From: Octopus sinensis
Taxonomy: Eukaryota
DNA: 64,000 bases
Direction of reading: 5' to 3'
Assembly: GCF_006345805.1 (NCBI RefSeq)
Contig: NC_043016.1
Span: 13,144,001 to 13,208,000, forward strand
The notes under the pieces were generated by a model, which made no database searches, was not told the origin of the DNA, and worked only from the letters and a program-made list of their open reading frames with translations. A program made the position numbers and the translations under genes. How positions within the stretch are numbered: the first letter of the stretch is position 1; each line of letters starts with the position of its first letter. Positions 11,990 to 24,279 of the stretch are shown piece after piece.

Positions 11990-14090
11990 TATATTATTGA
12001 GCAGGGATGTTGTCTTGAGGTTTGGTGAAACAAGCCCTCTCAAATTTCAAGAATCTTTCTTAGGATTCATGCAGAATACAAGATGGCAATATTTCGGTAG
12101 GTTAGCAATGCACATCTAGTTTCCAGTTTCTCTCAGTCTCTTAGGTAGCAGTTTGGGTGTTGTTCCAAGTGTCAGTTGCCACAGAACTGTCATCTTAGTC
12201 TACCACAGTTTCCTCAACTCTCTGGCTAAGTTTTAATATTTCTCAATTTTTGCAATTTCTTTGGTATCCACTCTATTCTCACATGGTATTGCAAAGCCTA
12301 TGAGCTTACACTATTTGTTTCCTTTATCCTCTATATGTTTTTCTTGTTTCAGTAGTAGGGGCAGTCTTTCTGGGGAAGTCCCATGAAATTTTGTAATTTT
12401 TATTCTTTATCACAGCCTTTGGTCCATGTTCATACCACTTTTCTGCTATTTTGAAGCCACACATTTGGTTAACATCCCAATACTGTCTTTTACCTATGCA
12501 GTCATGCTTATGCTTATACTCTTTTTGTGCTAGCTTACTGCATTCACTCAAGAGATAATTAATACTTTTGTCTCCTTTCTCACAGATTCTGCATTTACTC
12601 TCTCTTACTGAATTTAATCAATCTTTGCCTTTATCAAATTCATCCTAATGACTTGTTCCTGAGCAACTATAAATAGCAATTCAATTTCTTGTTTCAGGTT
12701 TCTGTCCATCAGCCACAACCAGGGTTCTTTACTTTCAGTATCCTCAATTTGTTGCATGAATTGGCCATAAAATTCCTTCTCTTTCCAGCTACTTGATCTT
12801 GAATTCTCTTGTTTCAGTAACTTTTTGGACATTTCTAGCCACTGATAGTATTCTTTCTCCATTATGCACAACAGAGTTTTTCAAATCCAATATTGCAGTA
12901 ATAACAATCCTCAGCCTTCTTTTTTTTGGTAGGGAGAGTTCAGTCGGCATTACTTATAGGGTGGTCTATGTTGTGCATTGTGTGCATCTTCCTAGTTCTA
13001 TCTGATTCCTGTAGTTCTGTCTTGGGCCATTTAAAAAAAAAAGACTAGATTATCCTAATATGGTTATGGTTTGTGTATTCATTTCTTTGATAATATTCCA
13101 TTTAATCTTATTTCAAGCACCTTCCTGATTTTTCTCTTGTAATTTTTGGAAGTTTTTCTCTTTCATTTTCCTATCATCTTGCAGCACCCCTCATTATTTC
13201 TCAACAATCTAATATCTTGTGATAATTTTATGTCAGCAGAGTTTGGCTTCTCTTCATAATTAACACTACATTGTTTTTACCCCAAACTGTATCTCAACAT
13301 CCTTGCTAAATACTCTATTTGGATTGGGGAATATAGTCTTTTTCATTTTTTGTGTATGGGCTTGAGGCCGCGCTGCCTTGACTGGCTTCCGTGCCGGTGG
13401 CACATAAAATGCACCAATCCGATCGTGGCCGGTGCCAGCCTCACCTGGCACCTGTGCAGGTGGCACGTAAAAAGCACCCACTATACTCACGGAGTGGTTG
13501 GCGTTAGGAAGGGCATCCAGCTGTAGAAACATTGCCAGATCAGCCTGGAGCCTGGTGCAGCCTTCTGACTTCCCAGATCCCCGGTCGAACCGTCCAACCC
13601 ATGCCAGCATGGAAAACGGACGTTAAACGATGATGATTATATGGATAACTCGCAGGTAAGCCTGGATTGTTTCAGAATACTTGTTGGAGGGATCGGCACA
13701 ATGAGGGAAAAGTAAAGGGGAGAAAGAGTCTCCCTGGAATATCCTGCTGCGTATTATCACATTTCCTAACGAGTCATTTGCTTATGTTACCCCTACTTCT
13801 CACTCTCATTGCTTTTTCCAAAAGCTGTTTATCCTCTCATCGATTCCAAGCATCCCTCAAGCACTCCAAGAACCCATTGTAGAACATTGTCGTAAAGCCA
13901 TCTTGTAATCTATCCAGCCAATGGCTAAATTCTTCCTTCTTACTTGTGCCTCATTTAGTATCATGGTATTAATAACACAGAAGACTAGCAGTTCCCCTTT
14001 CTTTTTGCTTCTGGAGAAGGGATTTACACTCACAAAGAAGACCATGCTGACAAGATCTCATAACCACCAGTGTTTTTTATTGAGACACCA
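11990..14090 (-). mobile_element. Dong/R4-clade non-LTR retrotransposon (RLE type), 5'-truncated, decayed, interrupted by a SINE at ~13340-13636
   Basis: RT motif RRKNLAIGWIDYK (13857-14045), LFIVAQEQVIRMNLIKAKID, CSKLAQKEYKHKHD...KWYEHGPKAVIKNKNYKISWDF and terminal ILRKILEI*, followed by a TAA-rich tail near 11990. All are typical of R4/Dong elements. Confidence 0.8.
13340..13636 (+). mobile_element. SINE family C (nested in Dong/R4)
   Basis: gtggcacgtaaaaagcaccc...gttaggaagggcatccagctgtag...ggacgttaaacgatgatga. Further copies at 18200-18457, 36290-36385 (partial) and 43808-44145. Confidence 0.85.
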
Positions 14091-15339
14091 TATCTAGGAG
14101 GCTGTTACTTGGCAGAAACATTACTATATCTTTTTTTTTTTTTTCCCCCAAATACTACCGAGGCCAGCTTTCCCTTTCATCCTTTGGGTTGTAATCAACT
14201 TTACCCTCCCCTCCACCACAGAAATTTCGAGCCTTTTTGCCCTTATTAGAAACTATTTATTATTGTTGCTGATAGCAACAATAGCAACAGTGATGATGAA
14301 TTATAATCGTCATCACGGCTGTTGAGAGTAGAGCAGTGAAGCGCGATAAGTGGTAGAGTGCCAGACCAGATGTTACAATATTTACTTTTGTCTCTCAATG
14401 TTCATACTTCAAATCTCACTGGAGAAGGTTTTTATTTTCCCCCTGGTCCCTCCAGGGGCAATAATATAAATATCTGTAATACGCACTATCATTGATGCAT
14501 TTCACTACATCTAGCTTAAGAAAAACATACATGGCATTGTGTTTGTGGAAGAAATTTTTGATTTTGATGATCAGTATCTCTGGTTTCGTTTATTGATTCA
14601 AGAATATTTATAGAATAAAAACACTGCATCACAATATGGTGTATATGTGTGAAAAATCTCACTCAGCATTTTAAAATATAACAAACCTAAAAGCTAATAT
14701 GCGAAAGATAGTTTAGGAAATATTGATTTCTTTTGACAAGTTACCCAGGAATATTATTGTGTGTTCTTCAGTGTTTGTCTGTCTGATCTAGCATTGGTTG
14801 GATGGGTCTGCAGTACGGTGTATTGTCACAAATTTCCAATCGGTGGGCAATATACTGTGCCATTTTGCCTGCCAGGCCTAATATTTTGATCTAACCTCAC
14901 TACCACCATGTCTTTTTGGTGTGTCCACACACACACATTAATTAATTTAATGACTTTTTTTCCCTGGTAAAACTTGGGTTTAACTGTATGGATCAAGTAC
15001 AGAATAACTTACGGTCATACAGGAATTGACTCCTGAGTTCAAAATATAGTGATGGTTTTTTTACTGTGTGTTTTCATCAACACTACAGCCCCTACCAGAC
15101 ATTTTCAATTTCTTTTCCTTTATTTTCTCCCTTGGAGAGTCTTCACATATTTATTGCAGTTGCCTCACAATAAAGATGTGAAGTTTAGAACATTGATTAA
15201 ATATCTTATTGGTTTGTGCCAGAACGTTGGTTTAACCAAAGGTACATATTGATTGATTGACAGTTGTTTGAGTAGCTGGAAGAAATATTCACATCTCATG
15301 GAAATCTCTGTATTAAGTATCTTCAATATGATCTTAGCC

Positions 15340-15610
15340 AGTGGTTCCCAAAGTGGGTAGTATTGCCCCTCTGGGGGCGGTGGAAAGTTCCAAGGGGGCA
15401 TCAAAGAAAAGTGGGGCAATAAAGGGGGAGTAATTCATGTAAAAGCAACAGAATAATGGGTTCATTAGGTCAAGTTTTATTTGTAAAATACGTTTGCTTT
15501 GAATTTACTTCAGAAGGAGGTCTATGCTTGAATGGTCAGTTGGAGTGGGGGTACTGGGAATGTGGCCTGGGTGTCAAAGGAGCAGCAGCCCCAAAAAGTT
15601 TGGGAAACCT
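15340..15610. mobile_element. hAT/Charlie-like MITE
   Basis: Starts cagtggttcccaaa and ends tttgggaaacc, matching Charlie-type TIRs; TSD not clear. Confidence 0.6.
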
Positions 15611-16558
15611 TTCTAGGCCCGAAACACAGGTAGAATAGGAACTCTTCTATAGTATTAAGTGGAAGAGAAATTAATATTACACTGGATAGGATACTGCTAG
15701 TAGTTACATCTCCCTCATACCACATCCTTCTTCTTCTTGGTAGTCTCTCAATTTCTTGCTGAACAGTTTGCACAAGTGGTTGGCTTATAGTGATCAAATG
15801 TGTGTGTGTTGTACATTTGCTCACTCCTTCCATCAAATCAACATTACCTGTACAGGTACAAAGTGTGCTACATATCAAAAATAATGTGTGATGAAGTTAT
15901 TTTTGCTGGAGAACACATATCACATGGTCTGAGAATTGAACCCATGAGCTTGTGATCCTGACTGCAACATCCTAACCACTACGCCACACACCTCTACTGT
16001 ATTTAGTGAAGAAAAAACATATATTGGACAATGTAATCTGAAAGACCGTCAAAAGGCAGGATGACCATGACTGGAATTCCTTTGATCATAATCTGTTTCA
16101 CCTGCATTGAAAAGGGAAACTAAACCACCACCTACAGCAAACTTGAACTATGTACTGTAGTTGTTTATTGGTTTGAAATGCTACATTGTATCAGCAAGGA
16201 ACTGAGCCACTGTGATCCAAGTATCATGATGGACACAGAGTTAGTGAGAAATCCCGTTAACCACTAAATGGTTGTGCTGTATATCCTATCGAGTTTAGTC
16301 ATCTGTATTAGCTCCCTTCTGTAACTGTATTTATCTTAGTGTGAATGCATAAGCATTGTATTTGGCAGTAATCTGACTGCTAAAGGCTTAAGTAATAAAT
16401 AAAAAGGTATACTGACGTTAGAATTAAGAAATAGGGCAGTGATGAATGGAGATGATTGTGCAAGTTATTGGTAATGGGTATAATTGATGTGCATTCAATT
16501 ATCATAAAATGGCACACCATTAAGAAACACTTGAAGAAAAAAATTCACTAATTAAAAA

Positions 16559-16804
16559 CAGGACTGTGGAGTCGGGGTTGGAAACTATTAAGGGGTAGCT
16601 GGAGTCAGTAAAACTATATTGACTCTGATGTCTTTATTCTTTAATATAAACCAGTTATAGGATATAAGCCTACTCAAAGTACAAGTGTATGCATATGCTT
16701 TATGAGATATGTAGACCACAAAATCAGTTAATTACATAAAGAGGAGTCAGGGGTGCCAATAGTAGAGGAGTCAGTCGAAGTTTTTTTTCGACTCCACAGC
16801 CCTG
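16559..16804. mobile_element. hAT-like MITE
   Basis: TIRs caggactgtggagtcg / cgactccacagccctg; 8-bp flanks attaaaaa / aataaaaa (1 mismatch), consistent with a hAT TSD. Confidence 0.8.
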
Positions 16805-17394
16805 AATAAAAATAAATATTTTAGTTTAAGCTTAGCTAACTATAATTATTATTATTATTATTATTATTATGTTGAGGTTGACTTAGCCTTTCGTGCTTTC
16901 TTGGTCAACGAAATAAGTACCAGTTACACACTGGAGTCAATTTAATCAACATGTACCCTGTCTCAATGAAAATTTCGGGCCTTTTACTTATACTAGAATC
17001 GATTATTTATTCTGTGTATGATTGCCTTATCACCATGATTGTTGATTATCCAGCTAATCCATTAATAATCATTAATTGGTATTGATGATTGAAGGTGCTC
17101 TGAATAAAGACAACCCTTTTTTCCAGGTTTTGATATTTTTTCTGTTTGCACATGTGGTACTGGATATGATTGAATATGTGAACATGTATTTTCACATGTG
17201 GCACCAAATAAAATTGAATTTGTAAATGTACACTTTCTTGTGATATCGAACATCTGAATGTAGGTTTGCACATGTGGTACTGAATATAACAAACTATTTT
17301 AATGTATGCTTTCACATATTGGGCTGAATATAAGTGTAAACATATCCATTTACCTTTTTTTCTTCTCTCTCTCTCTTTTTACCTAGTTAACCTT

Positions 17395-17760
17395 TGGTCA
17401 CACTAGGGAACAGCTTTGAATGGTTTAAGTTGAACCAATCAACCCCAGTACTTATTCCTAAAGTCTGGTGCTTATTCTGTCATTTGCTTTTGCAGAACTG
17501 CTAAGTTATGGGGATGTAAGCAAACCAACACCGGTTCTCAAATGGTTGGGAAGGGACACACATACACACTTGCACAAATGCATGCATGCGCACACAAACA
17601 AACAGCAGGGCTTCCACACAATTTCCATCTCCCAAATTCACTCAAAAAGCATTGGTCAGCCCAGGGCAATAGTAAGATACTTGCCCATGCTGTGCTGTGG
17701 GACTGAACTCAAAACCACATGGTTGCTAAGTGAGCTTCTTAACCAGGCAGCCATGCCTGC
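17395..17760 (-). mobile_element. tRNA-derived SINE family A
   Basis: Colinear with 42965-43365. Confidence 0.85.
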
Positions 17761-18199
17761 ACTTTCGTATGAATAAAAGAGAGACGCGAGATGTTTTTTC
17801 ATTTGAACTTTTGTCTTTTATGAATCTTTGTCTGCATATGCACCACGGAATATGATGTGTGCAGGTGTGATAAACATTTGTTTTTCATAATTAATATAAA
17901 ACCAACATTTTTGAGTTCCATTTAATTGAAAATAGATTTAATAATTGAAATACTTTGTTTCATACAGGTTACCAAATTTACATCTGTTAATTTTTCATTT
18001 ACTTTATTTTCTCTCTTTATAATTTAACATTTGAACTATCAATGAAAAGTTATAATTTTTCTTTTTTTTTTTTTTTTTAAATGTATCTCTAAACTGTTAC
18101 AATAAACTCTAACACCAGCAAACAGACCTGTCACAGGAAATTAAAAAATAGAGAAATAGTTCAAATTTTCTTGTAGAATATTTTTATTCACAATGGCTC

Positions 18200-18457
18200 C
18201 TGTGCGAGTAGCATGTAAAAAGCAGCATCCAAACATGGCTGATACCAGGCCCACCTGACTGGCTCTTGTGCCGGTGGCATGTAAAAAGCACCCACTACAC
18301 TGTCGGAATGGTTGGTGTTAGGAAGGGCATCCAGTTGTAGAATCATTGCCAGATCAGATTGGAGCCTGGTGCAGCCTTCTGGCTCAGTAGTCCTCAGTCA
18401 AACTGTCCAACTCATGTCAACATGGAAAACAGACATTAAAAGACGATGATGATGATA
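18200..18457 (+). mobile_element. SINE family C
   Basis: Colinear with 13340-13636; (GAT)n tail. Confidence 0.85.
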
Positions 18458-20084
18458 AGTTTAGAAAACCTGGCCAAGTATATGGCTTTATATTTTGTCA
18501 CTGGATGTATAGATTATTTTACTATTTAAATTCTTTGTAAATTTATTCAAAGGTCAGCAGTTAAGGATATGGTGGTCAAATGCATCAACCCTAGTACTTA
18601 ACTGGTGCCATATTTTATTGATCTCCAAAAGGACGAAAGGCAAAGTTGACCTCGGAACATAAAAGAGCCATCAGAACTGCTGCTTCGCATACTGTTCAAT
18701 GTGTTAATGATGCTGCCAGCTTGCCACCTTTTTGCTATTTTACAATTCAAATAAAAAATGAAGTTGATATAAATCATTCTGTTTCAAACACCTATATTTT
18801 TTATTTAATGATCAAGTTGGGCACCTATCCAGTGACATTAAAAAAAATACTTAAAAGTCTAGCAATAAAATTTCTTGGGGTAAGTAGGATATAACAATAT
18901 GTATTTTCAAACTTCTATAAAATGTCAATAACACCAACCCAATTTCTTTGTTCCCAAATATAATTAAACCTATATGAAGCCTTTGTTTTAATATACTTGA
19001 ATGTAATTTAAATATTGTCATTATAAATATGTCATAAATTTGTGGTACCTGATACAAAAATGAAGTCTATTAAATGTGCTGAAGTTATTTGTATGTGTGT
19101 GTTTGTATACATGTATATGTTTGTATACATGCGTATAAATGTGTATATATATGTATGTGTGTATGTTTACATGTACACATTTGTATATATTTATATACAA
19201 TAATGAACTTACTGCATACAGTGTTCAGGTGCACTACAACTCATCAGAAAAGGTAGTCAAAGGTGCATGAACAGGACACAAAATAATGCACAGGAAATGA
19301 ACAGTGACTGAGATGGGGTTTTTTTTTTATAAAAAAAAAAAGGGGTGTATGTATAATGTGATATGAAAAAAATCAGATTTTGGATAGTTTTGTCTTAAAA
19401 TTAAATGACTTCTCAACAAACAGAACTCAGATCATTATTCTTAATTTTTTTACTCTTAAAATTCAAAGACAATTTAAACTTCTCCCAGACTTGCTATTCA
19501 ACTTGAACTTTTATTGGATCCCTGAAGGAAGAAGATATGAGGAGTAGGGAAGGATTTTAAGAGAACTGCAATTTCGTTGGGGGTGGGGAAACAGCATGTT
19601 TCTTCTTACTTTTACATTTTTTTTTTTTTAACTTTTTTATATTTTATTTTAATCTAAAAAATGTAGAATTCCACCAATACACTATTTTCATGGTTTAGTT
19701 GTGTTCTTTATTTTGTTTTGGCTATGCTGGAGCAAATACCATAAAACATTTTGTCAATTTGTCCCTTTTTTTTCTTTGTTTTCTTTATTTTTTTGTTATC
19801 TCCCTCTTTGTTTTTGAATTTTCTTACTTTTAGTAATTTTTTGCATTTATTCCATGTGTCTTGCCTTTTATGATCATGTCTTTTGTGTTAAGCAGCATCC
19901 TTTTCTTCCATTGCTCTCTGTTTGTGGTAACAACATCTCTGATGTCTTGGACTGTTTCAGGAAACTCTACCGTTGGTCATTGCACTCTCACCAGTGCATT
20001 TATATAAACTCTTAGGTTCACAGCTTTCCACGGATATGAGCCTGAATGAAAGGGTCTGTTACGATATTTCTCTTAATGTGTGTC

Positions 20085-20362
20085 CCTGCTATCTATCTAT
20101 CTATTTTTTTTTTTTATTTACCTCCATGTCTGTCTATCTATCAGTCTATCTATCTATCTACCTACCTCCCTATCTACCTACCTACCTATCAATCTCTCTC
20201 TCTCTATCTATCTATCTATCTACCTTTCTACCTACCTACCTATCTGTCTATCTACCTTTCTCCCTATCTACCACCTCTCTTGCCCTCTCCCTTTTTCTCA
20301 TTCTCTCCCACTTTTCTCTTTCTTTCTCTCTCTCTCTACCCCCCTCTCTCTCCATTTTATTG

Positions 20363-20407
<45 letters not shown>

Positions 20408-20460
20408 CCTTCTCTCTTTCTCCACTTTATTGCTTTCTTCCTATCTCTCTCTCTCAGACA
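20085..20460. repeat. Compound pyrimidine-rich microsatellite (TCTA/CCTA/TC)n
   Basis: Directly visible; explains the three overlapping low-complexity ORFs at 19973-20555. Confidence 0.95.
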
Positions 20461-23361
20461 TCCAATTCCGTAGTTCTTTTACCATTCACACCATTTCTTC
20501 TAGTATGCCCTCTTTAGTTGGCTATTTATTATTCACCGTTTTGTTTCGTTTTTAGTTTTTCCTTCACTTACACTTTTACCTTGTAATCTACTTATAGTTG
20601 ATATGCACACTTTAGTTGAATAATCTCAGGAAACAAAATGCTATTCCCATGAGAACAAAAGGTTATCAAGGTCTTCAATCTCCTTTTTGAACAAGAATGT
20701 AACCAAATTATCTTTCATTTATTCTTCTTAACTATTTAAATTGCTAAACAAGCCATAACCTTCATTCATCAGAGAATGGACTACTTTCGATTGTTATTTA
20801 AAAGACGAGAAAAAAGAAAGAAAAACCGATTTAAATTTTTCTTTCATAAATAACATCATCACCCACCCACCCTTAATGTTTGTGAATTTTCATTCATACA
20901 GAGGTTAAACAAAATAAATTTCCAAATTTTGTTTATGCTTGCTATATCAATGACTAAAGACCTTTGCACCCAATAAAGAAGTTCTGGTAAAATTCCAAGA
21001 AGATTATTTATTTTTCAGTGTAGTCTGTCCTAAATAAATTGTAAATAATATAATCAACCACAAACCCTTCACGATAATGTAATCAAAACGATTGATTAAA
21101 CTTGATGCAAGACGGTTGATTGGATACATTCATTGATTGAAATTTCCTGTTAGTAATTGATGAGTTGAAGCCTTCAGCGGATGGGTGTTATATTTTAAGT
21201 GACAGACTACTAGATTCTACATTGCTTTAGTTCAACTATTCATCAAGAATATATATATACATCAAATCAATTTGGCAATGTTTTCACTGATAAATTTGTG
21301 CCCTTTGCAGCTTTAGGGGAAGGATGGACATTAATTTGCTTCACATTTTGAAACTGGACCTAAGAATAGATCTTTAAAAAGAAACTCTTTTTGAAGACTA
21401 TTACACAAGTGATAAAGCACTGAAAATTTATACACACACACACAGTAGGTGGGAGCTAGATATACTCAGTATAAAAAAACATGCTGTAATGCTCAAATGA
21501 ACGAGAAAATATATATATATATATATATATATAATGATATGTATGCGCACACATACAAAATAATTTAGAGATTCCATTTGTTTATTTGTTAAAAGTAAAA
21601 TTGTTAGTCTGCATTTGCTCTACATAGACATATACCTTTTTGGAATCAGGATGATCCTGGGAGCTAAAATTTGGCCTTCATTTTGGTTCTTGAACATCCA
21701 GCATTGGGATCTGATTAAAAAGCATTTGGGTTGCTATTTCTAGCAGGTAAAGCTTGGCATGTCAGATGATGTCAAAGATCAAAGAGAAGATAAATGATGT
21801 TTGCTTCGTTAATTTTACATCAACATAGGAACTTGGGACAAATTGGTCAACAGTTTGAATTCAACTTGGGATTGGAACAATAGAATGATTTGCATTACAG
21901 AATTAGTTCTCATTTGTCCTTAACCTCTGACCAAACACTACCGGGGTATATAGTCATTATAGATGCATTGTAGCCATGCTATTCAGCTCCCTTTAGTTTG
22001 GGGCCATAGGCCCAATTAGCCCTCCACAGGAGCTGGGTTAGTTTAGCTTTCAGCTCCCTCATTTAGTCATATATATATATATTCAGTCATTAGACAGTAG
22101 CCATGCTGGGGCACCACCTTGTAAAATTTTAACTGAATTGACCCCAGTACTTTTTTTTTTTTCAAGCTTGGTACTTATTCTATCGGTCTCTGTTGCCTAA
22201 CTGCTAAGTTATGAGGTCGTAAACACACCAACACCAATCGGTCTTGGTGTGTTTACATTGGTGGGACATGAACACACACACACACACACTCAGGAGGCTT
22301 CTGATTTTGGTAAGGCATTGTAATACAAATAACCAGTTCTTGGAGCTGAATGTACATATGCATTAGAATAAAATGTTATATGATTACAGAACATTAATTA
22401 TTGACTAACAAAGGGACAGGAATTACATAATCAACTTCATTAGCTTACAGCTGTTTCTGCTATAAGAAGAAAGTACTGAAACCTGAGGGCTTGTGCAATG
22501 TCTTATAGCTTTATCTTCTAAGACACTTTTTTTTTCAAAAGAAGAATGTACATGCTGTGTGTCAGGTGAATTGATTTCAAAGTAACCAAGAGAGTGGGTT
22601 GCTTTGTAAAATAAATAATTCTCATATATCTGTTAGTGATTATTATCACTTCAAATCCAGATCAGTTATAGATCTAACTTAAGGTAGGCTGGGAGTTAAA
22701 GATTTGGCTAAGAGTTGTAAGTAGTAGGTAAAGACCAACTTCAGCAATTGTACAGAAACACTATAAAATTTTTTTTTAAAAAGTGGTGTTTCTTATCTAA
22801 CAATTTTATTTTCTGAAGCCTTGCATTTTCATGTTGGATTGAACTGGATTACCTATGTTCAGTCCACTGCAGGATGGGTGCCTCAACATGTTTTCTCCAT
22901 CGACCATGGTCCGATGTGAAGGCCATGAATTTGAGCTTGAAATCATACTGGTTTGATGAGCTTACCCTGTCACACTGGCTTGGCATGTAATGAGATTAAA
23001 GTCAAAATTTCATTCTAAATATGAACAGATTTCGTATGAATAATTTCCACAGATTTTCTTCATGCAGCAGTGGCCAGATGTGATTGATACCAAAAGTTAA
23101 ACTTGTTTATAAGACATTGTCAGGGAAAAGCAAAAAAAATTATACCTTTGTCTAAAAATAGGTTTAGACTAATAATTAAATTTTATGTCAGCATTTTGGA
23201 ATGTACTTTCTCAAAACTAAGTTACTTCAAGAATTACTTTAAAACATTTTTGCATAGCAATTATCATTTATCTTGATGTATGTTCCAGTCAACTTTAAGT
23301 CAATACAAAGAAATATACATGAAATCTTATCAAGATTGCTATTAATTACTGTCTACATGTA

Positions 23362-23585
23362 TTCTGTTGTGTCTGGGGAGAGTCATTTTCTTGTGCCTTA
23401 TAATTTAACACACTCACTGGTAAAATTTCCACTTATTTATTTTTTATTTTTCTAAAAACTATTGAAAAGGTTGCAAGATGCAACGAAAATTTAAGCAAGA
23501 TAAAAAAATAAGTTGGTATTTTACTGGTGAATGTGTTAAATTATAAGGCACAAAAAGAAAATGACTCTCCCCAGACACAACAGAA
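23362..23585. mobile_element. Tc1/mariner-type MITE with ~85-bp TIRs
   Basis: ttctgttgtgtctggggagagtcattttc... is mirrored by ...gaaaatgactctccccagacacaacagaa; TA on both flanks. Confidence 0.8.
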
Positions 23586-23672
23586 TATGCTTCAAGACAT
23601 GAACTCATTCATATATAAAGAATCTTGCAAACCAAATCCAAAAGCGAAATAAATAAATATATATCCTGGCTG

Positions 23673-23713
<41 letters not shown>

Positions 23714-23717
<4 letters not shown>

Positions 23718-24248
23718 TCTTATGACTTGTGACTAAGAAAGGATTATTGTTACTATTATTAAGGCCAATGACTAGCTAAACATCGAAATGCCTTGTAGTA
23801 TTAAATTATATCCCTATATACTCTTGGGTTAGAATCCTGCATGGATGGACTTCACTTTGTCTCTTTCTGGTTGTTAATAAAATAAAGTACCAGTAAAGTA
23901 CTGGGGTCAATGTAATCAACTGCCCCTATCCACAAACTTGTGGCTCTGTGCCTATGTAAGAAACAGTTATTAATTATTATTATTATATTACTATTCTTAT
24001 GACTTGTGACTAAGAAAGGATTATTGTTACTATTATTAAGGCCAATGACTAGCTAAACATCGAAATGCCTTGTAGTATTAAATTATATCCCTATATACTC
24101 TTGGGTTAGAATCCTGCATGGATGGACTTCACTTGTCTCTTTCTGGTTGTTAATAAAATAAAGTACCAGTAAAGTACTGGGGTCAATGTAATCAACTGCC
24201 CCTATCCACAAACTTGTGGCTCTGTGCCTATGTAAGAAACAGTTATTA

Positions 24249-24265
<17 letters not shown>
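23714..24265. repeat. 277-bp direct tandem duplication bounded by (TTA)n
   Basis: Copies start at 23714 and 23991; the only difference seen in the unique part is one T (cactttgtc vs cacttgtc). Confidence 0.95.

Positions 24266-24279
<14 letters not shown>

Noticed and set aside
15900-16000. tRNA gene candidates here and at other SINE heads
   Set aside because: A/B-box-like heads run into SINE bodies and lack a full cloverleaf; they are SINE heads, not tRNA genes.
19973-20555. Three overlapping 145-169 aa ORFs
   Set aside because: Translations of stop-free pyrimidine microsatellites.
22819-22990. GC-richer segment with open frames on both strands
   Set aside because: The minus strand reads ..DHGRWRKHVEAP..*, like an RTE-type LINE C-terminus; no convincing splice pair. 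Most likely a LINE relic.
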